A program made the position numbers and the translations under genes. Below, piece after piece: positions 9,403 through 18,674 of a stretch of 54,486 nucleotides of DNA. Source of the stretch: Candidatus Chisholmbacteria bacterium (lineage in GTDB: Bacteria; Patescibacteriota; Microgenomatia; UBA1400; JACOWY01); NCBI GenBank assembly GCA_016176555.1, contig JACOWY010000006.1:1-54486 (forward strand). The letters are read 5' to 3'. Below the pieces are notes generated by a model. It saw only the letters and a program-made list of their open reading frames with translations. It was not told the origin of the DNA and did no database searches. Every line of letters starts with the position of its first letter. Positions within the stretch are counted from its first letter, which is position 1.

Positions 9403-10404
9403 ATGAAAACTATTAGCATTATCATCGGCATTGTCATTGTGGCTGCCCTCGGTTTTACCGCCTATTGGTTTTACCAAAGCAACCAGTCGTTTGATTTTGT
9501 CTCTCCCGTCACGGAAAAAATCGAGGCGGTGCAAAAACCACTCCTCAAATACACTTTTGAAAATCTTGCCACCATCACCCCAGAAAAAAGTCAGATAAAT
9601 ATTGAGGAAGTTATTGACGAAGAAGACTCCTTCACTGCTCGGGTTTTTGCCTACATCTCTGAAGGCAAACGCATCACTGGCCAAATAAACGTTCCCGAGG
9701 GAGATGTCCCCGAAAATGGCTTTCCCGTCATTCTCATGCTTCGTGGCTTCATCGACCCAGAGACGTGTTCTACCGGCGATGGCACCAGATCCGCCGCCGC
9801 TGTCTTTGCTCAAAATGGTTTTGTCACCATCGCCCCCGATTTTCCCGGCTGTGGCGGTTCCGATGATCCCGACGAAAATTCCATCGTCGCCCGCCTCAAA
9901 CACCCATACGAAGTCTTAGTCCTTCTCAATTCCCTTGACTCTATACCCTATACCCTAGATACTAGTCGCTTATTCATCTGGGGTCACTCCAACGGCGGCC
10001 AAATGGCCCTCTCTCTCCTCGAAGTTTTGGGGAAACCCATCCCCACCACGCTTTGGGCCCCCGTCTCTAAACCCTTTCCCTACAGCATCCTCTACTACAC
10101 CGACGAGTTCGACGATCGGGGTAAGGCGCTGCGCAAAGTCCTCGCCGACTTTGAAAGAGACTACGACGTCGACCTCTATTCCATCGACAAGTATTACGAC
10201 CGCATCAAAAGTCCGATCCAAATCCACCAAGGCACTGCTGATGACGCCGTTCCCAAAGAGTGGACCGACGCACTCGTCAAAATGCTCGAAGAAAAAGAAG
10301 TCGACGTCACCTATTACCTCTATCCCGGCTCCGATCACAACCTCCGCCCCGCCTGGGATACGGTCATCTCTCGTGACGTCGCTTTTTTTCGCAAATTTCT
10401 CTAA
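9403..10404 (+). CDS. alpha/beta hydrolase (S9 peptidase / dienelactone-hydrolase-like) with N-terminal TM anchor
   Basis: Nucleophile elbow GHSNGG, late QGTADDAVP and SDHN motifs, N-terminal IIIGIVIVAALGFTAYWF. Confidence 0.8.
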   Translation: MKTISIIIGIVIVAALGFTAYWFYQSNQSFDFVSPVTEKIEAVQKPLLKYTFENLATITPEKSQINIEEVIDEEDSFTARVFAYISEGKRITGQINVPEGDVPENGFPVILMLRGFIDPETCSTGDGTRSAAAVFAQNGFVTIAPDFPGCGGSDDPDENSIVARLKHPYEVLVLLNSLDSIPYTLDTSRLFIWGHSNGGQMALSLLEVLGKPIPTTLWAPVSKPFPYSILYYTDEFDDRGKALRKVLADFERDYDVDLYSIDKYYDRIKSPIQIHQGTADDAVPKEWTDALVKMLEEKEVDVTYYLYPGSDHNLRPAWDTVISRDVAFFRKFL

Positions 10405-10414
10405 ACCAATCCAA

Positions 10415-10624
10415 TTATCCCAACTTTTCTTCTATCCGCCTGAGTCCTTCTTCAATTCTCCTCAAAGCTTCCATCACATCATGGTGATGTTCTTCTGGTC
10501 CATGGTGAGGTGGGTGATGATGAGGCGGAGGCGGGGGATGACCCGGCTCATGTGGCGGATGGTGTGGCTGCAAAGGAATGTCTGGCACAATAATCACCTC
10601 CCCTCGAGTTAATTTCAGCAGCAT
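10415..10624 (-). CDS. His/Pro-rich small protein with C-terminal coiled-coil heptads
   Basis: 69 aa: ..QPHHPPHEPGHPPPPPHHHPPHHGPEEHHHD..EALRRIEEGLRRIEEKLG. No clear RBS. It competes with a low-complexity + strand ORF (10151-10612). Confidence 0.4.
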   Translation of the reverse strand: MLLKLTRGEVIIVPDIPLQPHHPPHEPGHPPPPPHHHPPHHGPEEHHHDVMEALRRIEEGLRRIEEKLG

Positions 10625-10836
10625 TATACACCAGGCATGTTGTGAATCGAAGACAGTTTTAATCGCATCTGCTGCCCCCTGGTAGAATAAACTTCCGAGG
10701 CCAAAGAGGCCTCGGTATTCTCCCTTTCGGGAGAAGAAGTATGTTACGCTTTGTATTCGCTAACGCTCATTCTTTTTAGATCGCCTTCATCCGTGGGCTA
10801 AAAGCCCGCGGTTTTCGGCTATCTTGTAATAAAGCC

Positions 10837-11739
10837 ATGACCAACCGGCAAAAAGCCTTAGTTTACATTGTCCTCGGCTCCATTATTGGCGGCAGCCTCT
10901 CGGCAGCCAACAAAATAGGTATCAGAAATATCCCCCCTCTTGGTTTTGTCTCAGCTCGCGTCGCAGTCTCGGCCCTTTTCCTTCTCCCTATCATGGTTAA
11001 GACAAGGCTCTGGAGAGTTAAAAACAAGCTCCAGCTCATGCTTTTCTCACTTCTAGCCACCGCCAATATCGGTCTCTTTATCGTCGGCCTGGCCCGCACT
11101 ACAGCCAGCATGAGTTCAATCCTCTATGCCGCAGTACCTCTACTCACAGCCATCCTATCGCATTGGATATATCAAGAAAAAATCACCAGTCGTAAACTTG
11201 TGGGCATCATCATCGGTTTGGTAGGCACCCTAGTCATAGTGCTCACGCCAGCCTTAAGCCAAAACGGATTTCACACCGGCAGTGTCAGCGGCAATCTTAT
11301 TGTTTTTCTAGCAGTGGTCATTTATGCATTCCACACCGCCCTCTCTAAAAAAATGCAACAGCGCTATTCCCCGTTTGTCATCGTCGAGTATTTTATTATC
11401 ACCGCCACTCTAACTCTTACCCCTTTTGCCCTTTGGGAAATGACACAAGCAGGTAACTGGCTTACCACCGTTGAAAGCTCATCAATTTTCACCCTCCTCT
11501 ACGTTGTCGTCATCGGCACCATAGTTCTTTACTTCACTTTTCAAGAAGCCATCAGGTTTGCTACCCCCTTAATCGCCAGTCTACAAATGTATCTGGTGCC
11601 GGTATTTGGTGTCATCTTTGCCAGCCTGCTCTTGGGAGAAAAGCTCTCTTCCGAACTCGCGCTTGGCGCTTTTCTCGTCCTCGTCAGTATTTGGCTCATC
11701 ACTGGCAAACCCCAACCAAGACCTGGAAAAAACCCGTAA
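10837..11739 (+). CDS. EamA/DMT-family transporter
   Basis: 300 aa, 10 TM helices arranged as two EamA-like halves. Confidence 0.85.
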   Translation: MTNRQKALVYIVLGSIIGGSLSAANKIGIRNIPPLGFVSARVAVSALFLLPIMVKTRLWRVKNKLQLMLFSLLATANIGLFIVGLARTTASMSSILYAAVPLLTAILSHWIYQEKITSRKLVGIIIGLVGTLVIVLTPALSQNGFHTGSVSGNLIVFLAVVIYAFHTALSKKMQQRYSPFVIVEYFIITATLTLTPFALWEMTQAGNWLTTVESSSIFTLLYVVVIGTIVLYFTFQEAIRFATPLIASLQMYLVPVFGVIFASLLLGEKLSSELALGAFLVLVSIWLITGKPQPRPGKNP

Positions 11740-11787
11740 GAAGTGGTAAAATATCGTTTACTTTGACACCTAGGTGTTAAAGACACG

Positions 11788-12084
11788 ATGAATAGCTTGG
11801 TCCAAAAACTGTCCCAGGAAATAGAACGCCTGGAAGGGGTCAAGAGTAGAAGATCCGCCACTAAAATTACCTACGCCCACCGCCTTCCCTTTGCGACTAT
11901 TTTCATCAAAAATAAGCTCGTCGAGCTCGAATTTACTACTCCGAGCAAAATCAACCACGCCCGTCTAAAGAAAGTGAAACAGATCAAGGCAGACAAGTTC
12001 TCTCACAAAATTTCCCTTGCCAAAGAAGAAGATATCGATCCTCAAGTAACCGGTTGGATTATGATCGCCCACGCCACCAACTAA
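11788..12084 (+). CDS. hypothetical protein (DUF5655-like)
   Basis: 98 aa. The pattern ..ITYAHRLPFATIFIKNKLVELEF..HKISLAKEEDIDPQVTGWIMIA resembles DUF5655. Confidence 0.45.
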   Translation: MNSLVQKLSQEIERLEGVKSRRSATKITYAHRLPFATIFIKNKLVELEFTTPSKINHARLKKVKQIKADKFSHKISLAKEEDIDPQVTGWIMIAHATN

Positions 12085-12085
12085 A

Positions 12086-12275
12086 GTTGGAAATCTCAAA
12101 TTCCAAATCCCAAACCCCAAACAAATTCAAATATCAAAATTCCAAATTCAAAACAGTTTATATGTTTGTGATTTCGAGCTTGCGAGAAACCTCGGGTCGC
12201 TGGAGGCGACCGTAGAGATTTGATGCTTGTTATTTGGTGCTTATTTAGTTTTTGGTGCTTGGTACTTAGAATTTT
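12086..12275. repeat. AT-rich word palindrome (same family as 117-240) with an embedded GC-rich hairpin
   Basis: Left arm aaatcccaaaccccaaacaaattcaaatatcaaaattccaaattc. Right arm ..ttatttggtgcttatttagtttttggtgcttggtacttagaatttt. Embedded at 12170-12222 is gatttcgagcttgcgagaaacctcgg..cgtagagatttg, which also occurs at 23011-23062. Confidence 0.7.
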
Positions 12276-12324
12276 CCATCACTCATCATGCTTCCCTCAA
12301 AGTTGATGAGGTAAGATATTTAAC

Positions 12325-13083
12325 ATGCGCCCCAAAGTCTTACTCGCCATCACTCCGCATCCCGACGACGAATCGCTCATGTTTGGGGGTACACTCGCCA
12401 AATACGGCCAAGATGAGGACGTCAAAACAAACCTCATCACCGTCACCCGCGGTCAAAAAGGAAGCCTCGGGCCGAGATACCTGGGCGTTACCCGCAAAAA
12501 ACTAGGAGAGAAGCGAGAGCAAGAACTCCGCTGCGCCGCCAAAATTCTAAAAATTGACCATCTCTACATCCTCGATTACCAAGATGGAGAAGTCCCTGCA
12601 GTCGAAGAAAACATCGCCGTCGCCTCTCTAATCAGGCTGATCCGAAAAATCAACCCCCAAGTCGTCATCACCTTTGGCCCCGATGGCGGCTACGGTCACC
12701 CCGACCACATTGCCGTCTGTCACTGGGTAACTGAGGCAGTCAGATTCATAAAGGGAGTAGAGAAGCTCTACTATTACGCCATCAAAAAAGATTTTGCCAC
12801 AAGCTTTATCAAATACTTCGGGAAAATTCCTCTCAATGGTGAATTACTCGAAATCGCCATTCACGATGCTGCGTATATCGACGCCACACTCGATTGTCGC
12901 CAGTTTACTGAGCAAAAATTTAAAGCCATCCACTGCCACCAAACCCAGGAGTTTGACACTAAAAGATTTGATCTTCTCCGCCGTTTAAATGTCAAAAGTA
13001 TGATTTCGGATGATAACTACCACCTCGCCTTCGCCCGCGGCAATTTCCCCACCCCCGAGACCGATCTCTTCGCCGGCATTTGA
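12325..13083 (+). CDS. PIG-L/LmbE-family N-acetylglucosaminyl deacetylase
   Basis: AITPHPDDESLMFGG and GGYGHPDHIAV zinc-binding motifs. Confidence 0.88.
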   Translation: MRPKVLLAITPHPDDESLMFGGTLAKYGQDEDVKTNLITVTRGQKGSLGPRYLGVTRKKLGEKREQELRCAAKILKIDHLYILDYQDGEVPAVEENIAVASLIRLIRKINPQVVITFGPDGGYGHPDHIAVCHWVTEAVRFIKGVEKLYYYAIKKDFATSFIKYFGKIPLNGELLEIAIHDAAYIDATLDCRQFTEQKFKAIHCHQTQEFDTKRFDLLRRLNVKSMISDDNYHLAFARGNFPTPETDLFAGI

Positions 13084-13110
13084 CTTCATGATACGATTTG
13101 AACGCTGTCT

Positions 13111-13566
13111 ATGAGCAAAAAAAGACGACACAAATCCGCTGAAAAATCGGGTTTCCTGAGTCCCAAAAAGATCCGCCAGCTCTTGTTTCGAGTCGCCTTG
13201 GTGGGAGTCGGCGTCGCTGCCGGTGTTCTCGCCCGCCCCTCCCTCATCCAAGATCCGGCCCAACGTGCCCTAGTTGATGAACTTAGAAATCAAGTCCTCA
13301 CCGCCAATGAGGAGGGCCAGAAAAAAGCTCTCCAAGTCTTGGGTTCAAGTTCTGAAACTATCAAAGAAACCGTCGGCAAAGTATCCGGGGTTGCGGACGA
13401 AGTCACCGGCACTGATCCTCAAGTTCTCGTCAACGAAAAAGTCGCCATCATTAAACAAGAAGTCAAAAATCTGCCCCAAAATCAGATCAAAAAAATTAAG
13501 CTCGAATTCTGCCAAGACGTCATTAAAGAAGAAGTAGAGCTCGCCTGCCAGGAAAGTAATAACTAG
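13111..13566 (+). CDS. hypothetical membrane-anchored protein
   Basis: Basic N-terminus, one TM segment ([18 protein letters not shown]), charged helical C-terminal part. Confidence 0.55.
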   Translation: MSKKRRHKSAEKSGFLSPKKIRQLLFRVALVGVGVAAGVLARPSLIQDPAQRALVDELRNQVLTANEEGQKKALQVLGSSSETIKETVGKVSGVADEVTGTDPQVLVNEKVAIIKQEVKNLPQNQIKKIKLEFCQDVIKEEVELACQESNN

Positions 13567-13585
13567 TAAAAATTTCAAATTAACT

Positions 13586-14683
13586 ATGGATGAAATAAGA
13601 AATAAGCTCCAAGAGCTTCGTCAGCGGCTGGAAAAATTAACGTCCGAGATCGACATCCCCGCTAAAGAAAAAGAACACCGCGAGCTCGAGGCCCAAACGA
13701 TGAAACCCGGTTTTTGGGACGACGAAACCCTCGCCCGCCGTATCAGCCAAGAACTCGCCGAAATCCAAAGCGAACTTGCCAGCCTCAAAGCAATTGAAAC
13801 CAAGCTTACCTCCGCCCTCGCCTTGGTCGATATGGCCAAGACCCCAGATGACGCCCAAGCGGTGAGTGTTGATCTCGCCAAAGAAGCCAAATTACTGGAT
13901 CTCCAACTCCGCGGCCTCGAAACCAAAACCTTTCTTTCGGGGGCCCACGACAAAGCGGGAGCCATCCTTTCTATCCACGCCGGCCAAGGCGGCACCGAAG
14001 CCATGGATTGGGCCGCCATGTTACTGCGCATGTACCTTAAGTACTTGGAAAAACAAGGGTGGCACCACGAACTAGTCAACGAAACTCCCGGAGAGGAAGC
14101 CGGCATCAAATCCGCTACCATCATGGTCAACCACCCTTTTGCCTACGGCTACCTCAAAGGCGAAGCCGGCACCCATCGGCTAGTGCGCCAATCGCCCTTC
14201 AACGCCGACAACCTCCGCCAAACCTCCTTTGCCCTGGTTGAACTCCTGCCTCTCATCGAGGAAACCGAAGCCGTGACTTTGCGCGCTGAAGATATTGAGT
14301 TTCAAACCTATCGTTCGAGCGGCAAAGGCGGCCAGAATGTCAACAAAGTCTCCACCGCCGTTAGGCTCAAACACATTCCCACTGGCATCGTCGTCGAATG
14401 CCAAACAGAACGCCGCCAGGAGCAAAATCGCAAAATTGCCCAAAGCTTACTCAAAGCCAAGCTCTGGCAACTTGAGGAGGAAAAAAGAAAACAAGCGTTA
14501 AAAACCATTAAAGGTGAGCACCAAGTCGCTGGCTTTGGCCATCAAATTCGCTCTTACGTCCTTCATCCCTACAAACTCGTCAAGGATAACCGCACCAAAC
14601 TAGAGTCGCCTCATCCCGAAGCCGTTTTAAGTGGAGAGCTTGATGAGTTTATCGAGGCAGAAGTCAGAAGCGGAGCTTTCTAA
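13586..14683 (+). CDS. prfB: peptide chain release factor 2
   Basis: GGQ motif [11 protein letters not shown] and RF2-type SPF tripeptide (RQSPFNADN). Uninterrupted 365-aa ORF. Confidence 0.95.
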   Translation: MDEIRNKLQELRQRLEKLTSEIDIPAKEKEHRELEAQTMKPGFWDDETLARRISQELAEIQSELASLKAIETKLTSALALVDMAKTPDDAQAVSVDLAKEAKLLDLQLRGLETKTFLSGAHDKAGAILSIHAGQGGTEAMDWAAMLLRMYLKYLEKQGWHHELVNETPGEEAGIKSATIMVNHPFAYGYLKGEAGTHRLVRQSPFNADNLRQTSFALVELLPLIEETEAVTLRAEDIEFQTYRSSGKGGQNVNKVSTAVRLKHIPTGIVVECQTERRQEQNRKIAQSLLKAKLWQLEEEKRKQALKTIKGEHQVAGFGHQIRSYVLHPYKLVKDNRTKLESPHPEAVLSGELDEFIEAEVRSGAF

Positions 14684-14708
14684 TCAAAAATGAATTACAA
14701 TATTTCCA

Positions 14709-14791
14709 GGGGAAAATGTCATTCTGGTGTAATCCAGAATCAACATTTTCCCAAGGACGAAATTTATAGATTCTGGACAAGCCAGAATGAC
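14709..14791. repeat. GTCATYCTG..CAGRATGAC hairpin repeats (MITE/REP-like family), two units
   Basis: ggggaaaatgtcattctggtgtaatccagaatcaacattttccc (44-nt near-palindrome) and attctggacaagccagaatgac. Confidence 0.8.
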
Positions 14792-14876
14792 AACCGATTA
14801 ATTATCTCAAGCTTAATTTCGTGATTCACATTAACCCCGGTTGTTTCCCCAAGCTCAGTCTGATATAGTAGGGCCT

Positions 14877-15446
14877 ATGAGTTCACCCACTGCCCCGCCA
14901 CCTCAAAACCCAATCTCTCGCCCCCAAAACCTCCCACCCATCTCCCCGCCACCCGGCCAGACAACTCAACCCCCCCTCGTCAAAAGCATGGATCTGACTA
15001 AAAACAAGCTCTCCATGAAAGTAGTCGTCATTGCCCTCGGCATCGTCGTCGCCGGCATTGCCTCAGGCTTTGGCCTCAATGTGGCCACTTCCGGTAGCCT
15101 CGGTATCAAATCCACCACCGAAGCAGGGGAAACCGGCGTCAAGGCCGGCGATGTCGTCGGTGTCACTGAAAGCACCTTTAAAGATAGTGCCACCGGTGTC
15201 CTCGTCCGCGGTGGGGTCGACGGCGAAGGTTCACATCACTTACTTCGCGAGGGTGGTCCTGATCAAACTGCCTACCTCACCTCCTCTGTCGTCGATCTCA
15301 ATCTCTTCGAGGGCCATAAAGTCGAAGTCTGGGGAGAAACCTTCGATGCTCAAAAAGCCGGCTGGCTCATGGACGTCGGTCGGGTCAAAGTCCTGCAGCT
15401 CAATGCCCCTCTCCCCTTCGAAGAAGTCCCAGCTGAAGATGAATAA
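14877..15446 (+). CDS. hypothetical Pro-rich, single-TM surface protein
   Basis: ATG at 14877 (MSSPTAPPPQNP...), TM segment VVVIALGIVVAGIASGFGL. The track start at 14841 is a TTG. Confidence 0.6.
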   Translation: MSSPTAPPPQNPISRPQNLPPISPPPGQTTQPPLVKSMDLTKNKLSMKVVVIALGIVVAGIASGFGLNVATSGSLGIKSTTEAGETGVKAGDVVGVTESTFKDSATGVLVRGGVDGEGSHHLLREGGPDQTAYLTSSVVDLNLFEGHKVEVWGETFDAQKAGWLMDVGRVKVLQLNAPLPFEEVPAEDE

Positions 15447-15454
15447 AAATCATC

Positions 15455-15583
15455 AAATCCGAAACTCGAAATTCGAAACAAATTCAAATATTTAATGTTT
15501 AAAATTTTTAAAAATTTTGAATTTAGAGATTGTTTCGTGCTTCGTGCTTAGAATTTCGAATTTAGGGTTCGTACTTCGAATTT
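15455..15583. repeat. AT-rich word palindrome (family of 117-240)
   Basis: Left arm ccgaaactcgaaattcgaaacaaattcaaatattt. Right arm aaattttgaatttagagattgtttcgtgcttcgtgcttagaatttcgaattt. Ends 10 nt before the ftsE ATG. Confidence 0.75.
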
Positions 15584-15592
15584 ACCAAAGCT

Positions 15593-16360
15593 ATGATCAT
15601 CTTTGACCAGGTGAGTAAAACTTTTCCCAACGGCACCGTAGCTCTTGAGGGAGTCAGCTTCACCGTCGACCCCAAAGAATTTGTCATCGTCACGGGGCCC
15701 TCGGGTGCTGGCAAAACGACGCTCTTAAGGCTCCTGTTGCGTGAATTTTTGCCTTCCGGGGGCAGGATTTTCGTGGACAAAGTCGACATTTCCACTCTAA
15801 AAAAAAGTGGCATCCCCGAGCTAAGGCGCCAAATTGGCGCCGCTTTTCAAGATTTCAAACTCTTGCCTGATTGGACTGTGGGTGAAAACATTGGCTTGGG
15901 GCTTGAAATTCTGGGTGAGGGTGAGGCAGAGATTGCCGACAGAGTCAACCACCTCCTCGAATTGACTGGCCTCAAAGACAAATCACCCCTCTTTCCTGGG
16001 CAGCTCTCCGGTGGAGAGCTCCAACGCGTCGTCATCGCTAGGGCCTTAGCCCCAGAGCCAAAGGTGCTGTTTGCCGACGAGCCCACCGGCAATCTCGACG
16101 ATGCCACCGCTCGGCAAATTATTTCTCTCCTTAAAGACATTAATAAGCTTGGCACCACCGTGATCATGGCCACCCATAATCCGAGGCTCGTTAACGATCC
16201 GAAAGAACGCCTCATTGTTTTAGAAAAAGGTAAACTCGTCAAAGACACTCGTAGCAAAGCGAAGATCTCATCGATCTCGAGCGCAGTCGAGGGGCTGAGC
16301 GAAGTCGAAGGACATAAACCAACCAAAAAGAAAAAAGACCACCCCGAAAAGGAAACCTAG
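15593..16360 (+). CDS. ftsE: cell-division ABC ATPase FtsE (with ~30-aa Lys-rich C-terminal extension)
   Basis: Walker A GPSGAGKTT, signature LSGGELQRV, Walker B LFADEPTGNLD. Followed 3 nt later by ftsX. Confidence 0.93.
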   Translation: MIIFDQVSKTFPNGTVALEGVSFTVDPKEFVIVTGPSGAGKTTLLRLLLREFLPSGGRIFVDKVDISTLKKSGIPELRRQIGAAFQDFKLLPDWTVGENIGLGLEILGEGEAEIADRVNHLLELTGLKDKSPLFPGQLSGGELQRVVIARALAPEPKVLFADEPTGNLDDATARQIISLLKDINKLGTTVIMATHNPRLVNDPKERLIVLEKGKLVKDTRSKAKISSISSAVEGLSEVEGHKPTKKKKDHPEKET

Positions 16361-16362
16361 CC

Positions 16363-17232
16363 ATGAGCAGACGCTCCTCATTTACCTTCAAACACATGCG
16401 CCGCTCACCCTACCAAAGCCTGGCTGCGGTAGCCGTCTTGAGCATCACCTTTTTTGTCGCCTCTATTTTCTCCCTCGTCACCTTAGGTTCGCAGCAAGTC
16501 CTGCGTTACTTCGAAACCCGGCCTCAAGTCACCGCCTTTTTCAAAGATGATACGGAGCTTTCGACCATCAATAATTTAAAACGAGAGCTCGAAACCCAAG
16601 AGTTTGTTGCCTCAGTCAAATACGTTTCCAAAGAAGAAGCTTTGAGTATCTACCGCGAACAAAATAAAAACGACCCGCTGCTTTTGGAAATGGTCACTGC
16701 CGACATCCTGCCCGCGAGTTTGGAAGTTTCCGGGGTTAGTGCCGAAGTCCTGCCTCAAATTGCCGACATGCTCGGGGTAGATCCGGCCATCGAAGAAGTC
16801 GTCTATCAAAAAGACGTCATTGAGACGCTGCGGTCTTGGGCCCGGGCCATTCGCCTGGCCGGTTTAGCCTTAGTGGCCGTCCTCGTCGCCACCTCAATTT
16901 TGACCATCGGCGTCATCGTCGGCATTAGTATCGCCAACCGCCGGCGCGAAATTGAAGTTTTGCATTTATTTGGCGCCAACCAGTGGTATATCAAAAAACC
17001 CTTTATTCTCGAAGGCGCGCTCTATGGCGTCATTGGCGCGGCTTTGGCTTGGGGTTTAAGCTACATTTTGTTGCTCTACAGTACCCCTTTCTTAGTTTCC
17101 TTCTTGGGCTCTATTCCCCTCTTACCGGTGCCGGTTACCTTCATGCTCGCCTTTTTAGCCGCTCTCATTCTTCTTGGTTTAAGCATCGGCTCGATCGGTA
17201 GTTTCCTAGCCGTCCGCCGATTCTTGCGCTGA
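16363..17232 (+). CDS. ftsX: cell-division permease FtsX
   Basis: 289 aa with TM1, an extracytoplasmic domain, then 3 TM helices. Adjacent to ftsE. Confidence 0.88.
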   Translation: MSRRSSFTFKHMRRSPYQSLAAVAVLSITFFVASIFSLVTLGSQQVLRYFETRPQVTAFFKDDTELSTINNLKRELETQEFVASVKYVSKEEALSIYREQNKNDPLLLEMVTADILPASLEVSGVSAEVLPQIADMLGVDPAIEEVVYQKDVIETLRSWARAIRLAGLALVAVLVATSILTIGVIVGISIANRRREIEVLHLFGANQWYIKKPFILEGALYGVIGAALAWGLSYILLLYSTPFLVSFLGSIPLLPVPVTFMLAFLAALILLGLSIGSIGSFLAVRRFLR

Positions 17233-18395
17233 TGAAAAAAATTTTACTGGGTCTTAGCTTTCTTGTAAGCCTTGTCGCTGTTTCCCTGCCCTTCTCTGCC
17301 CAAGCCAGCGAGCTCGATGATAAACAACAGGAAATCGAAGAGTTAGAGCAAAAAATCGCAGACCTCCAGGGGCAGCAAAAAACTCTCTCTTCAACCATCG
17401 CTTTCCTCGATACCAAAATCTCTCTCACCCAGGCTCAAATAAGCAAAACCCAAGTTGAGCTCAAAGGCATCGAAGCCGATATCGCTACCCTTTCAGGCAA
17501 AATAAATACCCTCAACGTTTCCCTCGATCGCCTCACCGAACTCTTGGTCAATCGCATCACCACTACCTATAAACGTAATCTCATCAATCCCATTACCCTG
17601 CTTTTCTCCTCAGGGGGTTTTTCAGATTTTCTGACTAAGCTTGAGTACCTAAGGCTCGTCCAGCGCCACGACCGCCGCATCATCTTCGCCACCGAACAAG
17701 CCCGCGCCAACTATGACGCTCAAAAAGATCTCAAAGAAGCCAAGCAAGCCGAAGTCGAAGCCCTAAACGCGAGGCTTGTCGCCGAGAAAGCCTCCCTCGC
17801 CCGCCAACAAGCCGAAAAGCAACAGTTACTCCAGCAAACCAAAAACGACGAAGCCACCTATCAAAATCTCTTAGCTAAGGCTGTCGCCGAGCTCGCCGCC
17901 ATTCAGGGCATCATCGCCGGCAAGGGTACTGAAACCGAAGTGGGGGCGGTAGGCGAGGGCAACAAAATTGCTTCTTATATCCCCAGTTCCTCAACCTGTT
18001 CCTCGGGGCCTCACCTCCACTTCGAAGTCACCAAAGACGACTCTCGGCAAGACCCCTCAGGACTTTTAGGGGGGGCTAACTTAAGCTATGCCTATGATAC
18101 GAGCCAAATTCCCGAAACAATTAATCCCGGCGGGTCATGGATTTGGCCAGTCAACGACCCCATTCGCATCACCCAAATTTATGGCCACACCTATTGGACC
18201 CAATATCTTCACTACGATTTCCATACCGGCATCGACATGCAAAATTCCAATGGTGACACCATGGTCAAAGCCGTCAAGCCCGGCAAACTCTTCCGTGGCT
18301 CCATCGCTTGTGGTGGGGGGACGCTGCGCTACGTCCGCGTCGAGCACGATCAAGACAACGTCGACAGCTACTACCTCCACGTCAACTATATCTGA
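17232..18395 (+). CDS. EnvC-like coiled-coil M23/LytM peptidase
   Basis: The ATG overlaps the ftsX stop (TGATG). Signal peptide, ~200-aa coiled coil, and M23 motifs HLHFEV and HTGIDM. Confidence 0.88.
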   Translation: MKKILLGLSFLVSLVAVSLPFSAQASELDDKQQEIEELEQKIADLQGQQKTLSSTIAFLDTKISLTQAQISKTQVELKGIEADIATLSGKINTLNVSLDRLTELLVNRITTTYKRNLINPITLLFSSGGFSDFLTKLEYLRLVQRHDRRIIFATEQARANYDAQKDLKEAKQAEVEALNARLVAEKASLARQQAEKQQLLQQTKNDEATYQNLLAKAVAELAAIQGIIAGKGTETEVGAVGEGNKIASYIPSSSTCSSGPHLHFEVTKDDSRQDPSGLLGGANLSYAYDTSQIPETINPGGSWIWPVNDPIRITQIYGHTYWTQYLHYDFHTGIDMQNSNGDTMVKAVKPGKLFRGSIACGGGTLRYVRVEHDQDNVDSYYLHVNYI

Positions 18396-18522
18396 GTTAC
18401 ACAAACGAAGATATTGGAGGTTTTTGCCAAATCAAAAACAACATATATTTGAGCGAACTTGTGAGCGAAAATATCGGAAGTTTTTGCTTAAGCAAAAACG
18501 ACGCATATTTAAACAGTGAGTT

Positions 18523-18665
18523 TGTCATTCTGGGGACTCAGAGCGAAACGTGGAGACATCCAGAATCCGCCACTACTAAATAAACAATCGTCATTCTGGT
18601 AAGCGAACCGCATCCTGAATTAGTCATCCCCCCGTCATTCTGGGGAGTGCAACGACTCCAGAATC
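18523..18665. repeat. three GTCATTCTGG..CCAGAATC hairpin units (MITE/REP-like family)
   Basis: gtcattctggggactcagagcgaaacgtggagacatccagaatc; cgtcattctggtaagcgaaccgcatcctgaat; cgtcattctggggagtgcaacgactccagaatc. Confidence 0.85.
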
Positions 18666-18674
18666 TAATAACCC

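Noticed and set aside
9229-9903. A 224-aa minus-strand ORF.
   Set aside because: It is antisense to the well-supported alpha/beta hydrolase gene. Its 5' end runs through intergenic hairpin repeats. The composition is low-complexity Gly/Asp, so it is a shadow ORF.
10151-10612. A 153-aa plus-strand ORF.
   Set aside because: Its first half is an alternative frame of the hydrolase 3' end. Its second half is the complement of the His/Pro-rich ORF. Its composition is low-complexity Ser/Thr/Pro.
12227-12505. A 92-aa plus-strand ORF overlapping the start of the PIG-L gene.
   Set aside because: It starts inside the AT-rich palindrome and overlaps the PIG-L deacetylase out of frame. It has no RBS.
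13621-14130. A 169-aa minus-strand ORF.
   Set aside because: It is antisense to prfB, which has diagnostic GGQ and SPF motifs.
13586-14683. Programmed +1 frameshift site in prfB.
   Set aside because: RF2 is encoded by one uninterrupted ORF from its ATG. No in-frame early TGA or CTTTGAC-type site was seen. Many bacteria lack the frameshift, so this is not unusual.
15847-16326. A 159-aa minus-strand ORF.
   Set aside because: It is antisense to ftsE (Walker A/B and ABC signature present). It is Ser/Leu/Pro-rich, typical of a shadow frame.
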